Positions 47,967 to 56,899 of a DNA stretch of 64,000 nucleotides are shown here, one piece after another. The stretch spans positions 15,332 through 79,331 of the forward strand of contig JAZSHC010000023.1 in assembly GCA_045533065.1 (NCBI GenBank), given 5' to 3'. Source of the stretch: Acutalibacteraceae bacterium (GTDB lineage Bacteria > Bacillota > Clostridia > Oscillospirales > Acutalibacteraceae). Numbering within the stretch: position 1 is the stretch's first letter; each line of letters starts with the position of its first letter. The position numbers and the translations under genes are program-made. The notes below the pieces were generated by a model. It ran no database searches. It saw only the letters and a list, made by a program, of their open reading frames with translations, and was not told the origin of the DNA.

Positions 47967-50900
47967 TCAGATTCTTGAGTCGGGATCAGCGCAGCATGAG
48001 GGCTTGCCTGTGAAGAGCTTGATAATCTTCTGGAAGAATCTGAAGAATGCACCCCAGAAATTATCACGGTGACATGAGCATGAGCAGCTTGTGTCTTCAA
48101 CGGGCTTTTCGATAACAACATCGCTGTTGCCCTTATCAACGTTGCCCTGTTCGTCAACATTTACGTCATAGCTTGCATCGCCAAGACCGTCAACGCTTAC
48201 GAATACTCTGTATGAGCCGGGCTGTACGTAGAAGATTACAACGCCGTCTGACTTTGTTCTGTCATTCATGCCGGTATCAACGTAATTGCCTTCAGCATCC
48301 TTGACAAAGAGTTTAACAAGTGCATTGTTGATGAGGTTACCGTTCTGGTCCTTAACGTTTACAACAATCTGTGCAAGCTGACCGGAAATGGGTTCTTCAA
48401 GAGTCTGGCCACAACCGTTCTTACAGTTGTATACACGCTTACCGTCTGTGCCTGTTGCATAGTCGGGAGCGATTTCCTGAGCAAGCACCCAATCGTGACC
48501 TGTTGCAGGAACATTACCTGCAATGTAATAGTAACCGCAAGCACACTGATGCTTGATTCCGCCGGGTTCAGTACAGGTTGCACCTGTATTTGACTGAGTA
48601 TATGTATGCTCTGTCTGCTTGAATACGGGGCTTACTGCAATGTCCTTCTTAACAACTGAAGTGTCACCACTCCATTTTTCAAAGGTGAAGTGACCGTCTG
48701 CATTTGCTGCGGGAACAACAATCTTGCTTGTTTCGCCCTTGTAGCCTGCTTCTGTGCTGCCGTATGCATAAGTACCTGTCTGAAGAACATTGCCGTCCTT
48801 ATCGAGATAGGTTACTCTGTATACTCTGGGAATTGCCTTATACTGTGCAATGTAAGTTACGCTTGCTGTAACTTCAGGAATTTCATCTGATGCGAAGGGC
48901 TTCGCAGCTGTTGTGCCTTCAATTGCCCAACCGATGAATTCATAAGAGTTCTCGTCGTCGGAAGCTTTTGATGCAATTGCTTCAGCAGCTGCCGCTTTTG
49001 CTCTTACGTCTGCTGTTGCAGTTTCAGAGTTCATTTCAACTTCAATTGTACCGAGTCTTGTTACACCGCCGTCATCGAAGAACTTGATTGTGTATGTTGC
49101 TGCTTCTTCTTTGATAGTTTCCTTACAAACTTCACATATTGTAACATACTTGCCGTCAACAAGCTCTGTCTTTTCTGTGTGACCGTTTGCATCGGCTGTC
49201 TTCTTTGTTTCTGTGTAACCGCATTCTGCAGTACATTCGTAAGTTGTCATTTCAGGTAACAGACAGTCTGCTTCCTGTGTAACCTTACCGGTTTCCTTAA
49301 GAGTGTGGGCTGTTGCTGTATACTGAGCATAAACTACTGTTTTTGCTGTGATGTTAGTAAGTGCCTTATCCCAACCCTTGAAGGTGTAATGATTTTCATC
49401 ATCGTATGCTTTTGTGGGAGTGCCGTATGTTTCAGCATCGTAAACGGCTGTTTCGCCTGCCTTAACCTTAACGCTGCAAATACCTGCGGTACCGTTCATG
49501 AATACAACTTCGTATTCCTTCTGTTCCTTTTCGAACTTTGCATAGTATGATGCATCGCCGTCAATCTTAATCTTGCCTTCAACAGCACTTGCATTTGCAC
49601 TGTTCTTTGCCCAACCGACAAACTTGAAGGTATACTTGCTGTTTTCTGCAAAAGCGGGAGTTTCAGCAGGTTCTCTTTCGTCGCCGATAGCACCCATGAG
49701 AGTCTTAACCTCTTCATAGCCTGTGAATCCGCTTGCATCTGTATATTCATCGGGAACAAGGAAGTTAACTGTATAAATAACATCGCTTTCGGTAAACTTA
49801 GCATAAAGCTCAAGGTCACCGGGGATTGTCATGGGAAGGTTGTACTTGGTCTTGTAATCGCCGTTTTCGTCAAGTGTGTACCAACCTGCAAAGGTGTACT
49901 TCTTGGTGCCTTCCGCATTGTTTGCCTTTGTGGGAGCAGTTACGTCAGCTGCAGCGATGGTTTCACCCTTAACGCCTTCTGCCTTATCGTATTCTGCACC
50001 GTCAACATAGAAGGTAACAGTGAACTTTTCAAGTGCAGCTTCGCCTTCAATCTTCTGTGTTGCACCACAGATCTTACATGTATAAACAGTGTAACCCTTT
50101 GCGTCTGCTGTGGGTTCAACAACCTGAGTTGCTTCCCAGGTGTGAGGAACGTTTGCGTTGTCAATTTCACGGGTCTTAGGAGCGTCGTCTACAAGGATTA
50201 TTGCTTTACAAACCTTACATTTTGCTGTTTCAATACCCTTTTCCTTACATGTAGCAACCTTTGTTACAACCCATTCTTCTGTATGGCCTGTGGGCTTATA
50301 TGCTTCATCGTAATTTGCCTGAGTCGCATCTGAGCCCTGAGCAATTACAACAACATCACCGCACAGACGGCAGGTCTGAGTCTTACGTCCGGCATCAGTA
50401 CATGTAGGCTTAACTGTTACGGGGTTATAGAATTTGTGAGCGTCTTCATCAATTGCGATTACTTCTGTTATCTTGTCTCCGCAAGCTGTACATTCTTTAA
50501 CCTTTGTGCCAGTTGCAACGCAGGTAGCGGCCTTTGTAACCTTGAATTCGCCGTAGCTGTGACCCTTTGCGGGATCGAGAAGAACAACTTCTCCGTCTGC
50601 TATTACAGGAGCGCCGTTTTCATCTCTTTCAAAGTCAACAACCTCAAACCAGCCACATCTTGAACATGTATATGTGTCATATCCGTTTTCTGTACATGTA
50701 GCGTCTGTGCGTACAGCTGTGCCGAAATCATGACCGAGAACCTCGGTTTCGATGATTTCACCAATAATAGCGTTACAGTTGTAGCACTCTGTGCTTTCTA
50801 TACCGATTGTTGTACAGGTTGCATCTACCTTAACTGTTCTTGTTTCATGTGCAGCAAGAACTTCAACGTATGCAGTTGTTTTGTTGCCTGCCTTATCGGT

Positions 50901-53900
50901 AACAACAATGTGATATGCACCTGCAGTGTTGATTGTGTATGCGTTTTCAGTGAGTTCAACAGCGTTGCCGTTAAGAGTTACTGTTACGGGATTTGCATCC
51001 TCAACAACAAGCTCAACCTTTTCGCAGAATACCTCACCTGCATAGTTTGAAGAGCCAACAAGCTCAAGCTCGGGTGCTGTTGCATCATAAACATACTTGG
51101 CTGTTCTGATGTAATTGGTGTTGTTGTTCTTATCAACAATCTTGTAATATGTGATGTATTCACTACCGTCAACAAGAGCTTCGCCGTCAACCTTAAGGTC
51201 ACGTGCCTTCTGAGTTACGTTTGCATTGTAATTCTTGTAAACCTCAGGTACTGCTGCCCAGCTTCCGTAGTATCCTACAAGTGATGTCTGGATACCTGAC
51301 CAATCATAAATGCCTTCCCACATGCTCTCATTGTTTTCATAGCCATCGGGGAGTCCGTCTGCTGCAAGGGCAGTGTAAACATAAATGTTCTTAACGCCGA
51401 TGCCGTTTTCTGCAGTGTTGAAGTCTGCATTATAGTCGCCCTTATCTGTGGTTGTGATGATAAGGTCTGTTGAGGGAGCTGCATAGAAGGTTTCGGTAAT
51501 TGCATCGAAATCTGTATCGTACTTCCATGAAGTTGTTCCTACATAAGTTGTACCTGTGGGAATAACCGCATCGGTAAGAGGAGCAATTACAACTGTGCTC
51601 TTTGTCTTTTCCTTATCACAAGCACACCAGATTTCCTTTGAGCCTTCGCCTGTTGATGCCGGAACAATAACATTTCCTTTTTCGTCCTTAACTTCATCAA
51701 CTCTGTAAGTAGGAGGTGTGATTATTTCTGACATTTCAGCATTATGAAGTTTAACTTCAAAGTTTGCAAAAATCTTAATATCAGATGTTACAGGTGCTTC
51801 AAGATTGTAAGCGTCAGCGGCTGCATCTGCTTTATCGAGAGTCCATTTAATAAATTCGTTATGCTCTTCATTGCTCTGCCAACCGTCTGCAGGGTCTGAA
51901 ACAAGGTCTTTGATTCCAAGTCCGTTTTCAACCTTTACTTCATAGGTTGTAGTACCGTCATTTACTGTTACGGTGTGGAATATCGGAGCATCCTTATACT
52001 TAGCAAACAGGTTGATATCTGCTGTCACAGTCATGCCACGAACAAACTTGTGTTCTGTGCAGGGCTCAGCTGTGCAATCAGCGGGACAGTAATACCAGCC
52101 TTCAAGAGCCTTACCGTCGGGGATTGTAAGATTTACGGAAGGAACACGGATGGTTTCGCCGTAGATATACTTACTTGTTGCTACTGCAATGCTCTTGCCG
52201 TCAGCATCAACTCCGCCCACATCTGCTCTGTTTGCATACCAGTTTGCAGCATAATAGATGTAAACCGGCTTGAACTGTGCAACAAAGTAAAGTGTGCTGT
52301 CGGGCTCGCCGCCTTCACAGGTTGTGGGAACTCTCTTATCCCAACCAATGAACTGATAGTTATAGGTTTCGTCAGAAGCCTTTACTGCATTAGCTTCAGC
52401 TGCATTGACAGTTGCTTCAATCTTATCACCGTAATGATATGTTCCCTTTGCAAGCTCTGTGCCGTCATAATTCAGGAATACGAAATGGTATTCAAATCTG
52501 CCGTAGCTGAACTGGGGATAAAGTGTTACATCTCCGGTAATCTGAGTTTCTTCAGGTACGTACTTGTTACCTGCAATTGTGCCGGCAATAATCTGTTCCT
52601 CGGTCTGCTCTGCATCAGCCCAGCCGATGAATGTGTATTTACCGTCTGATGTATCGGCCTTCTTGGGAAGATAAGCAACCTTGTTCTCGTCCTCATCTTC
52701 AATGAGCCATGTGGGAAGCTTTGTGCCTACAGTTTCTCTGAAGGTTTCTGTTGTGCTTCCGTCTTTATAAGTTACGGTGTGGAATTTTTTACCGTTTTCG
52801 TAAATTGCCTTGAAGGTAACATGGTTCTCAGGTGAGAAGGCTGTAAGATCAGCTGTATCATATCTCTTGCCGTTATAGTCCCACTTACCGAAGAAGGTCT
52901 GGAGATATTCACCGTCATCGTATGTACCGTGAGGCTTAAGTGAGTCAACAGTTTCCTGAGTGATGTTTGAACCGTGGTTAACCTGAGCTGTTTTTGTAAC
53001 AAGCTCACCCTTTGCATTACGGTATTCGAAGGTTACATTGTAAGGAACTGCAACACCGTCGTTATATTTGATTTTGAAAGTCATGTTGGGAACACAGGTA
53101 TAACCGGCAAGGTTAACCTCGTTGTTATTGTAAACCCATGACTTGAATGTGTATTCTTTACCTTCCTTAGCATAAAGCATGGGGATATCATCGGGAGCTG
53201 TGATAACCTCACCGTACTTGAAGGTTTTTGTTTTTACAGCATCATTACCTGTTGTGTCAACATACTCAAATCTTACTTCGTAGCTGTTGATGAAACGTCT
53301 GAATACAGGATAGTATGATACGTCATCTCTTACAGTAAAGTCCTCAACAAGGTTAACTGCATGGTTGTTAACGTCAAAGTCAGCATCTTCCATAACAATG
53401 TGATAGTTTGTTCCGGTTGTAGGTGCTGAGTTTGCCCAGCCGATAAATTCAAAGGTGAATTCGTCTGTTGCTTCAAGAGGAATAGCTGTAGGCATATTTA
53501 CAGTATCTCTGTAAACGTATTTGCTTGTGTAGCTACCGTATGTGTTATAAACAGTTACGTCGTATTCCTTTTTGAAGGTAACGTCGTTATAAACAGGGGT
53601 AAGAATAAGATCTTCTGTGAAAACATGGTTACCGGAATAAATTTCGGTACCGTCGTAGTTTTCCCATTTACCGTTCCAGTTAGAATATGTATATGCACCG
53701 TTTACATAATCTTCTGTCTGATCTCTTTTGGGAGAAGGCCATGTTGCAATGGCTGTATTTCTGTCACCGTATTTTACTGTGAAAGACTGGATATGGCTAC
53801 CGTCAATATCATAGAATTTTACTTTGATATCTTTAGCAACCCACCATGCATAATAGGTGTTTTCAGCATCGGTTTTTGTCTTGAGCTGTTCAGAGTTAGC

Positions 53901-55127
53901 TTTGGGATCCCATTTAACACCTGCAGGATAATAAAGCTCTTTTTGGCTGTCACTGAGGTTGTTATAGGCATCAGTACTGATAGGCTGCTTGAAATCTTCT
54001 GCAAGGGTTTCCGGTGTTGCAGATGATGATTCGTCCTCAGGCTGCTTCACAGACCAGAAACCGTAAAAATCATGACCTTCCTTGATTGCTTCACCGGTAG
54101 GATAATAATCCTTTATTGACTCATCGTATTCCTTATATTCGATTGCTTTAATTTCGTTAGCAATCTCATCACCGTTGTTCATATAAATGGTTACGGGATA
54201 CAAGCTGTCAGTTGAACCAAGACCGTAAAAATACCAGTCATATTTGGGGTTTGTAAGGTTGATAGGTACTGTTATAATCTTTGAAGAACCAAGCTGTGCA
54301 CCGACATAAACTGTTTTAACATTTGAAAGCTGCATTTCAGGCTTGATTTTTACCTGCTGTGAAATTGTGCTGGTGTCGCTTGTGTAGCTATACGAACCGG
54401 AAATATAAACTTCATCGTTATCAAAAGTCATTTCATTTACGCCGGCTGCATCGGAATAAATCTTAAAAGTAGGTTCAGCGCCTAAAGGATCTACATACCA
54501 ATCAACACCGTACTGGTCAACAACATTCCATGAAAGGTCGGCAGGCGCATCAGCACCACCGATTTTATTGATTTTTACATCAGCGGACGTTGTTTTTGTT
54601 TTAATATTATCAGCATAGGGATATTTCCAGTTAGGGCAAGTTGCTGAACCAACGGTTTCTACAGCTGCATCAGACCATCCGCTTGCAGACGCATCTCTAG
54701 TATATAAACCGTCCATCAAATCGCCGCTGTCGCCTATATACAATGCGTTCCACTCTACTATTATTTCACCGGACCAAAAAGAGTCGTCTTTAACAGCGAA
54801 TTCTACCCTTGTCGGGAAACCCGGAACACCGGACAAATCCAATATAAATTCGTCGCCTTCATCAAAACCACCATTGTCACCGGATTTAAACTGGAAAACC
54901 GGGTGTTGAATTTCTGTGCTTCCTGTACCATTATCAGTTTTATAGAAAACCTTGAATTCAACAAGGTCACCGTCGCCATCTGCGGAATTGTTGATTTTAA
55001 AACCAACCTTAATAGGATAATAAGTATCAGCTGCTTCTGCCTTTGTGGGGGCAACCCATACCCAACAGGACAGTACCATGAGCACTGCCAGCATGAGTGA
55101 TAATGATTTTTTAATTTGTTTTTTCAT
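47967..55127 (-). CDS. large secreted repeat protein, 2,386 aa (Listeria-Bacteroides/InlB-B-type repeats plus Cys3-His knuckle repeats plus Cys-rich amphipathic C-terminus)
   Basis: ATG 55127 with AAGGAGG (55142..55136) and signal peptide MKKQIKKSLSLMLAVLMVLSCWVWVAPTKAEA. At least 13 repeats of about 70-80 aa end in the Y-T-F-x-G-W ... L-Y-A-K-F signature (e.g. KKYTFAGWYTLDENG...LELYAKF). Cys-rich repeats span aa 1438-1690. A prealbumin-like beta segment spans aa 2252-2325. Confidence 0.9.
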   Translation of the reverse strand: MKKQIKKSLSLMLAVLMVLSCWVWVAPTKAEAADTYYPIKVGFKINNSADGDGDLVEFKVFYKTDNGTGSTEIQHPVFQFKSGDNGGFDEGDEFILDLSGVPGFPTRVEFAVKDDSFWSGEIIVEWNALYIGDSGDLMDGLYTRDASASGWSDAAVETVGSATCPNWKYPYADNIKTKTTSADVKINKIGGADAPADLSWNVVDQYGVDWYVDPLGAEPTFKIYSDAAGVNEMTFDNDEVYISGSYSYTSDTSTISQQVKIKPEMQLSNVKTVYVGAQLGSSKIITVPINLTNPKYDWYFYGLGSTDSLYPVTIYMNNGDEIANEIKAIEYKEYDESIKDYYPTGEAIKEGHDFYGFWSVKQPEDESSSATPETLAEDFKQPISTDAYNNLSDSQKELYYPAGVKWDPKANSEQLKTKTDAENTYYAWWVAKDIKVKFYDIDGSHIQSFTVKYGDRNTAIATWPSPKRDQTEDYVNGAYTYSNWNGKWENYDGTEIYSGNHVFTEDLILTPVYNDVTFKKEYDVTVYNTYGSYTSKYVYRDTVNMPTAIPLEATDEFTFEFIGWANSAPTTGTNYHIVMEDADFDVNNHAVNLVEDFTVRDDVSYYPVFRRFINSYEVRFEYVDTTGNDAVKTKTFKYGEVITAPDDIPMLYAKEGKEYTFKSWVYNNNEVNLAGYTCVPNMTFKIKYNDGVAVPYNVTFEYRNAKGELVTKTAQVNHGSNITQETVDSLKPHGTYDDGEYLQTFFGKWDYNGKRYDTADLTAFSPENHVTFKAIYENGKKFHTVTYKDGSTTETFRETVGTKLPTWLIEDEDENKVAYLPKKADTSDGKYTFIGWADAEQTEEQIIAGTIAGNKYVPEETQITGDVTLYPQFSYGRFEYHFVFLNYDGTELAKGTYHYGDKIEATVNAAEANAVKASDETYNYQFIGWDKRVPTTCEGGEPDSTLYFVAQFKPVYIYYAANWYANRADVGGVDADGKSIAVATSKYIYGETIRVPSVNLTIPDGKALEGWYYCPADCTAEPCTEHKFVRGMTVTADINLFAKYKDAPIFHTVTVNDGTTTYEVKVENGLGIKDLVSDPADGWQSNEEHNEFIKWTLDKADAAADAYNLEAPVTSDIKIFANFEVKLHNAEMSEIITPPTYRVDEVKDEKGNVIVPASTGEGSKEIWCACDKEKTKSTVVIAPLTDAVIPTGTTYVGTTSWKYDTDFDAITETFYAAPSTDLIITTTDKGDYNADFNTAENGIGVKNIYVYTALAADGLPDGYENNESMWEGIYDWSGIQTSLVGYYGSWAAVPEVYKNYNANVTQKARDLKVDGEALVDGSEYITYYKIVDKNNNTNYIRTAKYVYDATAPELELVGSSNYAGEVFCEKVELVVEDANPVTVTLNGNAVELTENAYTINTAGAYHIVVTDKAGNKTTAYVEVLAAHETRTVKVDATCTTIGIESTECYNCNAIIGEIIETEVLGHDFGTAVRTDATCTENGYDTYTCSRCGWFEVVDFERDENGAPVIADGEVVLLDPAKGHSYGEFKVTKAATCVATGTKVKECTACGDKITEVIAIDEDAHKFYNPVTVKPTCTDAGRKTQTCRLCGDVVVIAQGSDATQANYDEAYKPTGHTEEWVVTKVATCKEKGIETAKCKVCKAIILVDDAPKTREIDNANVPHTWEATQVVEPTADAKGYTVYTCKICGATQKIEGEAALEKFTVTFYVDGAEYDKAEGVKGETIAAADVTAPTKANNAEGTKKYTFAGWYTLDENGDYKTKYNLPMTIPGDLELYAKFTESDVIYTVNFLVPDEYTDASGFTGYEEVKTLMGAIGDEREPAETPAFAENSKYTFKFVGWAKNSANASAVEGKIKIDGDASYYAKFEKEQKEYEVVFMNGTAGICSVKVKAGETAVYDAETYGTPTKAYDDENHYTFKGWDKALTNITAKTVVYAQYTATAHTLKETGKVTQEADCLLPEMTTYECTAECGYTETKKTADANGHTEKTELVDGKYVTICEVCKETIKEEAATYTIKFFDDGGVTRLGTIEVEMNSETATADVRAKAAAAEAIASKASDDENSYEFIGWAIEGTTAAKPFASDEIPEVTASVTYIAQYKAIPRVYRVTYLDKDGNVLQTGTYAYGSTEAGYKGETSKIVVPAANADGHFTFEKWSGDTSVVKKDIAVSPVFKQTEHTYTQSNTGATCTEPGGIKHQCACGYYYIAGNVPATGHDWVLAQEIAPDYATGTDGKRVYNCKNGCGQTLEEPISGQLAQIVVNVKDQNGNLINNALVKLFVKDAEGNYVDTGMNDRTKSDGVVIFYVQPGSYRVFVSVDGLGDASYDVNVDEQGNVDKGNSDVVIEKPVEDTSCSCSCHRDNFWGAFFRFFQKIIKLFTGKPSCCADPDSRI

Positions 55128-55312
55128 TAAGATTTCCTCCTTAATAAAAATTAACCGTTGTTTATTTCATGAAACGGCATTGTGCCGTGTAAACGAAATT
55201 CACTGTGATTCTCTTTTTCCTTTGAAAAACCTTGCACCCGGCCCCTGACCTGACCGTTTTTCGGCGCACTGAATCCCCAAAAGGGCATAAAGAGTCACTT
55301 TTAGTTAGTATC

Positions 55313-55342
55313 AGTATATCATTTAAAAATCAATAAAGTCAA
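55313..55342 (-). promoter_or_regulatory. sigma-A promoter (extended -10) of the 2,386-aa protein gene
   Basis: The minus strand reads TTGACT (55342..55337), 18 nt, TGaTATACT (-10 at 55318..55313). It shares the 17-nt string TTTTTAAATGATATACT with the giant-gene promoter. The leader is about 180 nt. Confidence 0.65.
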
Positions 55343-55373
55343 TAAGACTCCGTAAAAAGATTTATAATTTATT

Positions 55374-55403
55374 AAAAATTGGCTCTTTTGACGAAAAAGA
55401 GCC
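55374..55403 (-). terminator. rho-independent terminator downstream of the HAD phosphatase gene
   Basis: On the minus strand: GGCTCTTTTT, loop CGTC, AAAAGAGCC (55403..55381), followed by AATTTTTAAT. Confidence 0.65.
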
Positions 55404-55418
55404 TTGGCGTTTGTTGAA

Positions 55419-55448
55419 AATGCAGAATGCAATTCTGCACTCTGCATT
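55419..55448. repeat. solo palindrome built from the AATGCAG/AATGCAA heptamers of the intergenic element family
   Basis: AATGCAGAATGCA (55419..55431), loop ATTC, TGCACTCTGCATT (55436..55448): a 13-bp stem with 1 mismatch. The heptamers are the same as those at the outer arms of the elements at 56.2 and 59.5 kb. Confidence 0.7.
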
Positions 55449-55460
55449 CATTATCTATTT

Positions 55461-56150
55461 TTACCTGTCACCGAGTATTATACCAAGCACCTCGTTGACA
55501 TCATGGGCAATGTATTCAGCACCTGCTGCTTTCAGCTCTTCTTCATCTCTGAAGCCCCATGTGACGCCTATGCATCTGAGACCTGCGTTTTTTGCCGTCT
55601 GAACATCGACCTCACTGTCACCTATATATATAATAGTATACTCTGCAAAGCTGTTATGCTCTTTTTTACCTTTTTCTCCCCCAATTCCGAATTCATCCAT
55701 AGCCTTAAACACATTAACGGGGCTGGGCTTTCTTTCACTTTCAACAGACACACCGATTGCAACATCAATAAGACCTTCAAAATAATCCTCACAAAGTCCT
55801 GCAACTGCTTTGTGGAGCTTGTTGGATACAACAGCTGTTTTTACACCCCTTTGTTTCAGGAGTTTAAGCATATCCAAAACGCCATTATAAGGTGCAGTTA
55901 TGTCCTTCATGTGCTCAAGATAGTATTTTCTGAATACTTCAAGGCATTCTTCCTGTGTTTTGTCATCAGTACCGTCGGGGGTTGACCTTTCCATAAGCTT
56001 TACAACACCGTTGCCTATAAAGCGGCGCACCTCGTCAATTGTTCTTTCAGGAAAGCCGAAGCGCTTCAGGGCGTGGTTTACAGCAGCGTGCAAATCACCG
56101 AGGGTGTCAAGCAGCGTACCGTCAAGGTCGAATATAGCGTATTTATACAT
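55461..56150 (-). CDS. HAD-IA hydrolase, phosphoglycolate phosphatase-like
   Basis: 229 aa. Motifs: I FDLDGTLLDT, II VVSNK, III/IV KPSP...YIGDSEVDVQTAKNAG. Confidence 0.85.
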   Translation of the reverse strand: MYKYAIFDLDGTLLDTLGDLHAAVNHALKRFGFPERTIDEVRRFIGNGVVKLMERSTPDGTDDKTQEECLEVFRKYYLEHMKDITAPYNGVLDMLKLLKQRGVKTAVVSNKLHKAVAGLCEDYFEGLIDVAIGVSVESERKPSPVNVFKAMDEFGIGGEKGKKEHNSFAEYTIIYIGDSEVDVQTAKNAGLRCIGVTWGFRDEEELKAAGAEYIAHDVNEVLGIILGDR

Positions 56151-56238
56151 TTTTATCAGTCCTTTTATTTGTCATAGATTACATTATACATGTTTGCTGT
56201 TAATAAATCAAATCGATTTACAAGCAGGCTTTTTTGTT

Positions 56239-56899
56239 AAATGCAAAGTACAAAATGCAGAATGCTAAATTGCGGGGAAGCACAGTGCACAAGGTTACAG
56301 TATGCCCGCTGAATTTACTGTGCGGATAAATCCTTACCCAATAAAAATCAGCAGGCAGTAAAAATATTTGCTCAGATTTTCAATATAAGACAATAAGACG
56401 CTTACCCGTATGTAAGCCCGAAGGGCGTATGCGGTGAATGGGGCGGATATAAGGCTAAAGGAAAAACCATGCGTACAGCAAAAGCGTGCTTTTGCTTCCT
56501 TTTGCCACAATCGGCAAAAGGAAGTGCCCCAGCGGCATGAGCGCTCCGGGGATGATTGTTGCGAAATGTAACATAGTTAAGGTAAGCACCGGCTCACTTA
56601 ATCGGCAAGGATGTAAAGGTGAACCACTTAGTCGAGTGATGGGTGGGGAGTGCCCTCTGAGTCACTGCGTGACACCTCTCACAAAGGGAGAGGCAAGATG
56701 CCCGCAAAAAAGGTAATTAAATTCAGCGGGTAGATTGTATCCTTCACCACCTTGTCGGACGAAATTTTGCACTTTGCATTTTGCATTCTGCATTCAAAAA
56801 GGACGACCAACGGTCGTCCTTTTTAAGGTAAATTCAGCGGGCAGATATTACCCTTTAGTGCCAAGTCGGGCACAATTCTGCACTTTGCATTCTGCATTC
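56239..56899 (+). repeat. intergenic inverted-arm element, copy 1 (about 660 bp; extra right arm after internal hairpin)
   Basis: Left arm 56239..56325 (heptamers plus CCCGCTGAATTTACTGTGCGG). 120-nt conserved core block 56356..56475. Inner right arm 56715..56794. Hairpin 56796..56824. Second right arm 56829..56899. Confidence 0.8.

Noticed and set aside
47815-48072. 85-aa plus-strand ORF in the gap between the two giant-protein genes
   Set aside because: It spans the minus-strand terminator and runs antisense into the 3' end of the 2,386-aa CDS. It has no RBS and a low-complexity translation.
56320-56324. Group II intron hypothesis for the intergenic elements (GTGCG at the inner end of the left arm; GCCCGAAGGGC hairpin)
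   Set aside because: There is no domain V-like 34-nt hairpin with an AGC triad, no RT/maturase ORF and no interrupted host gene. The long inverted arms are not an intron feature.
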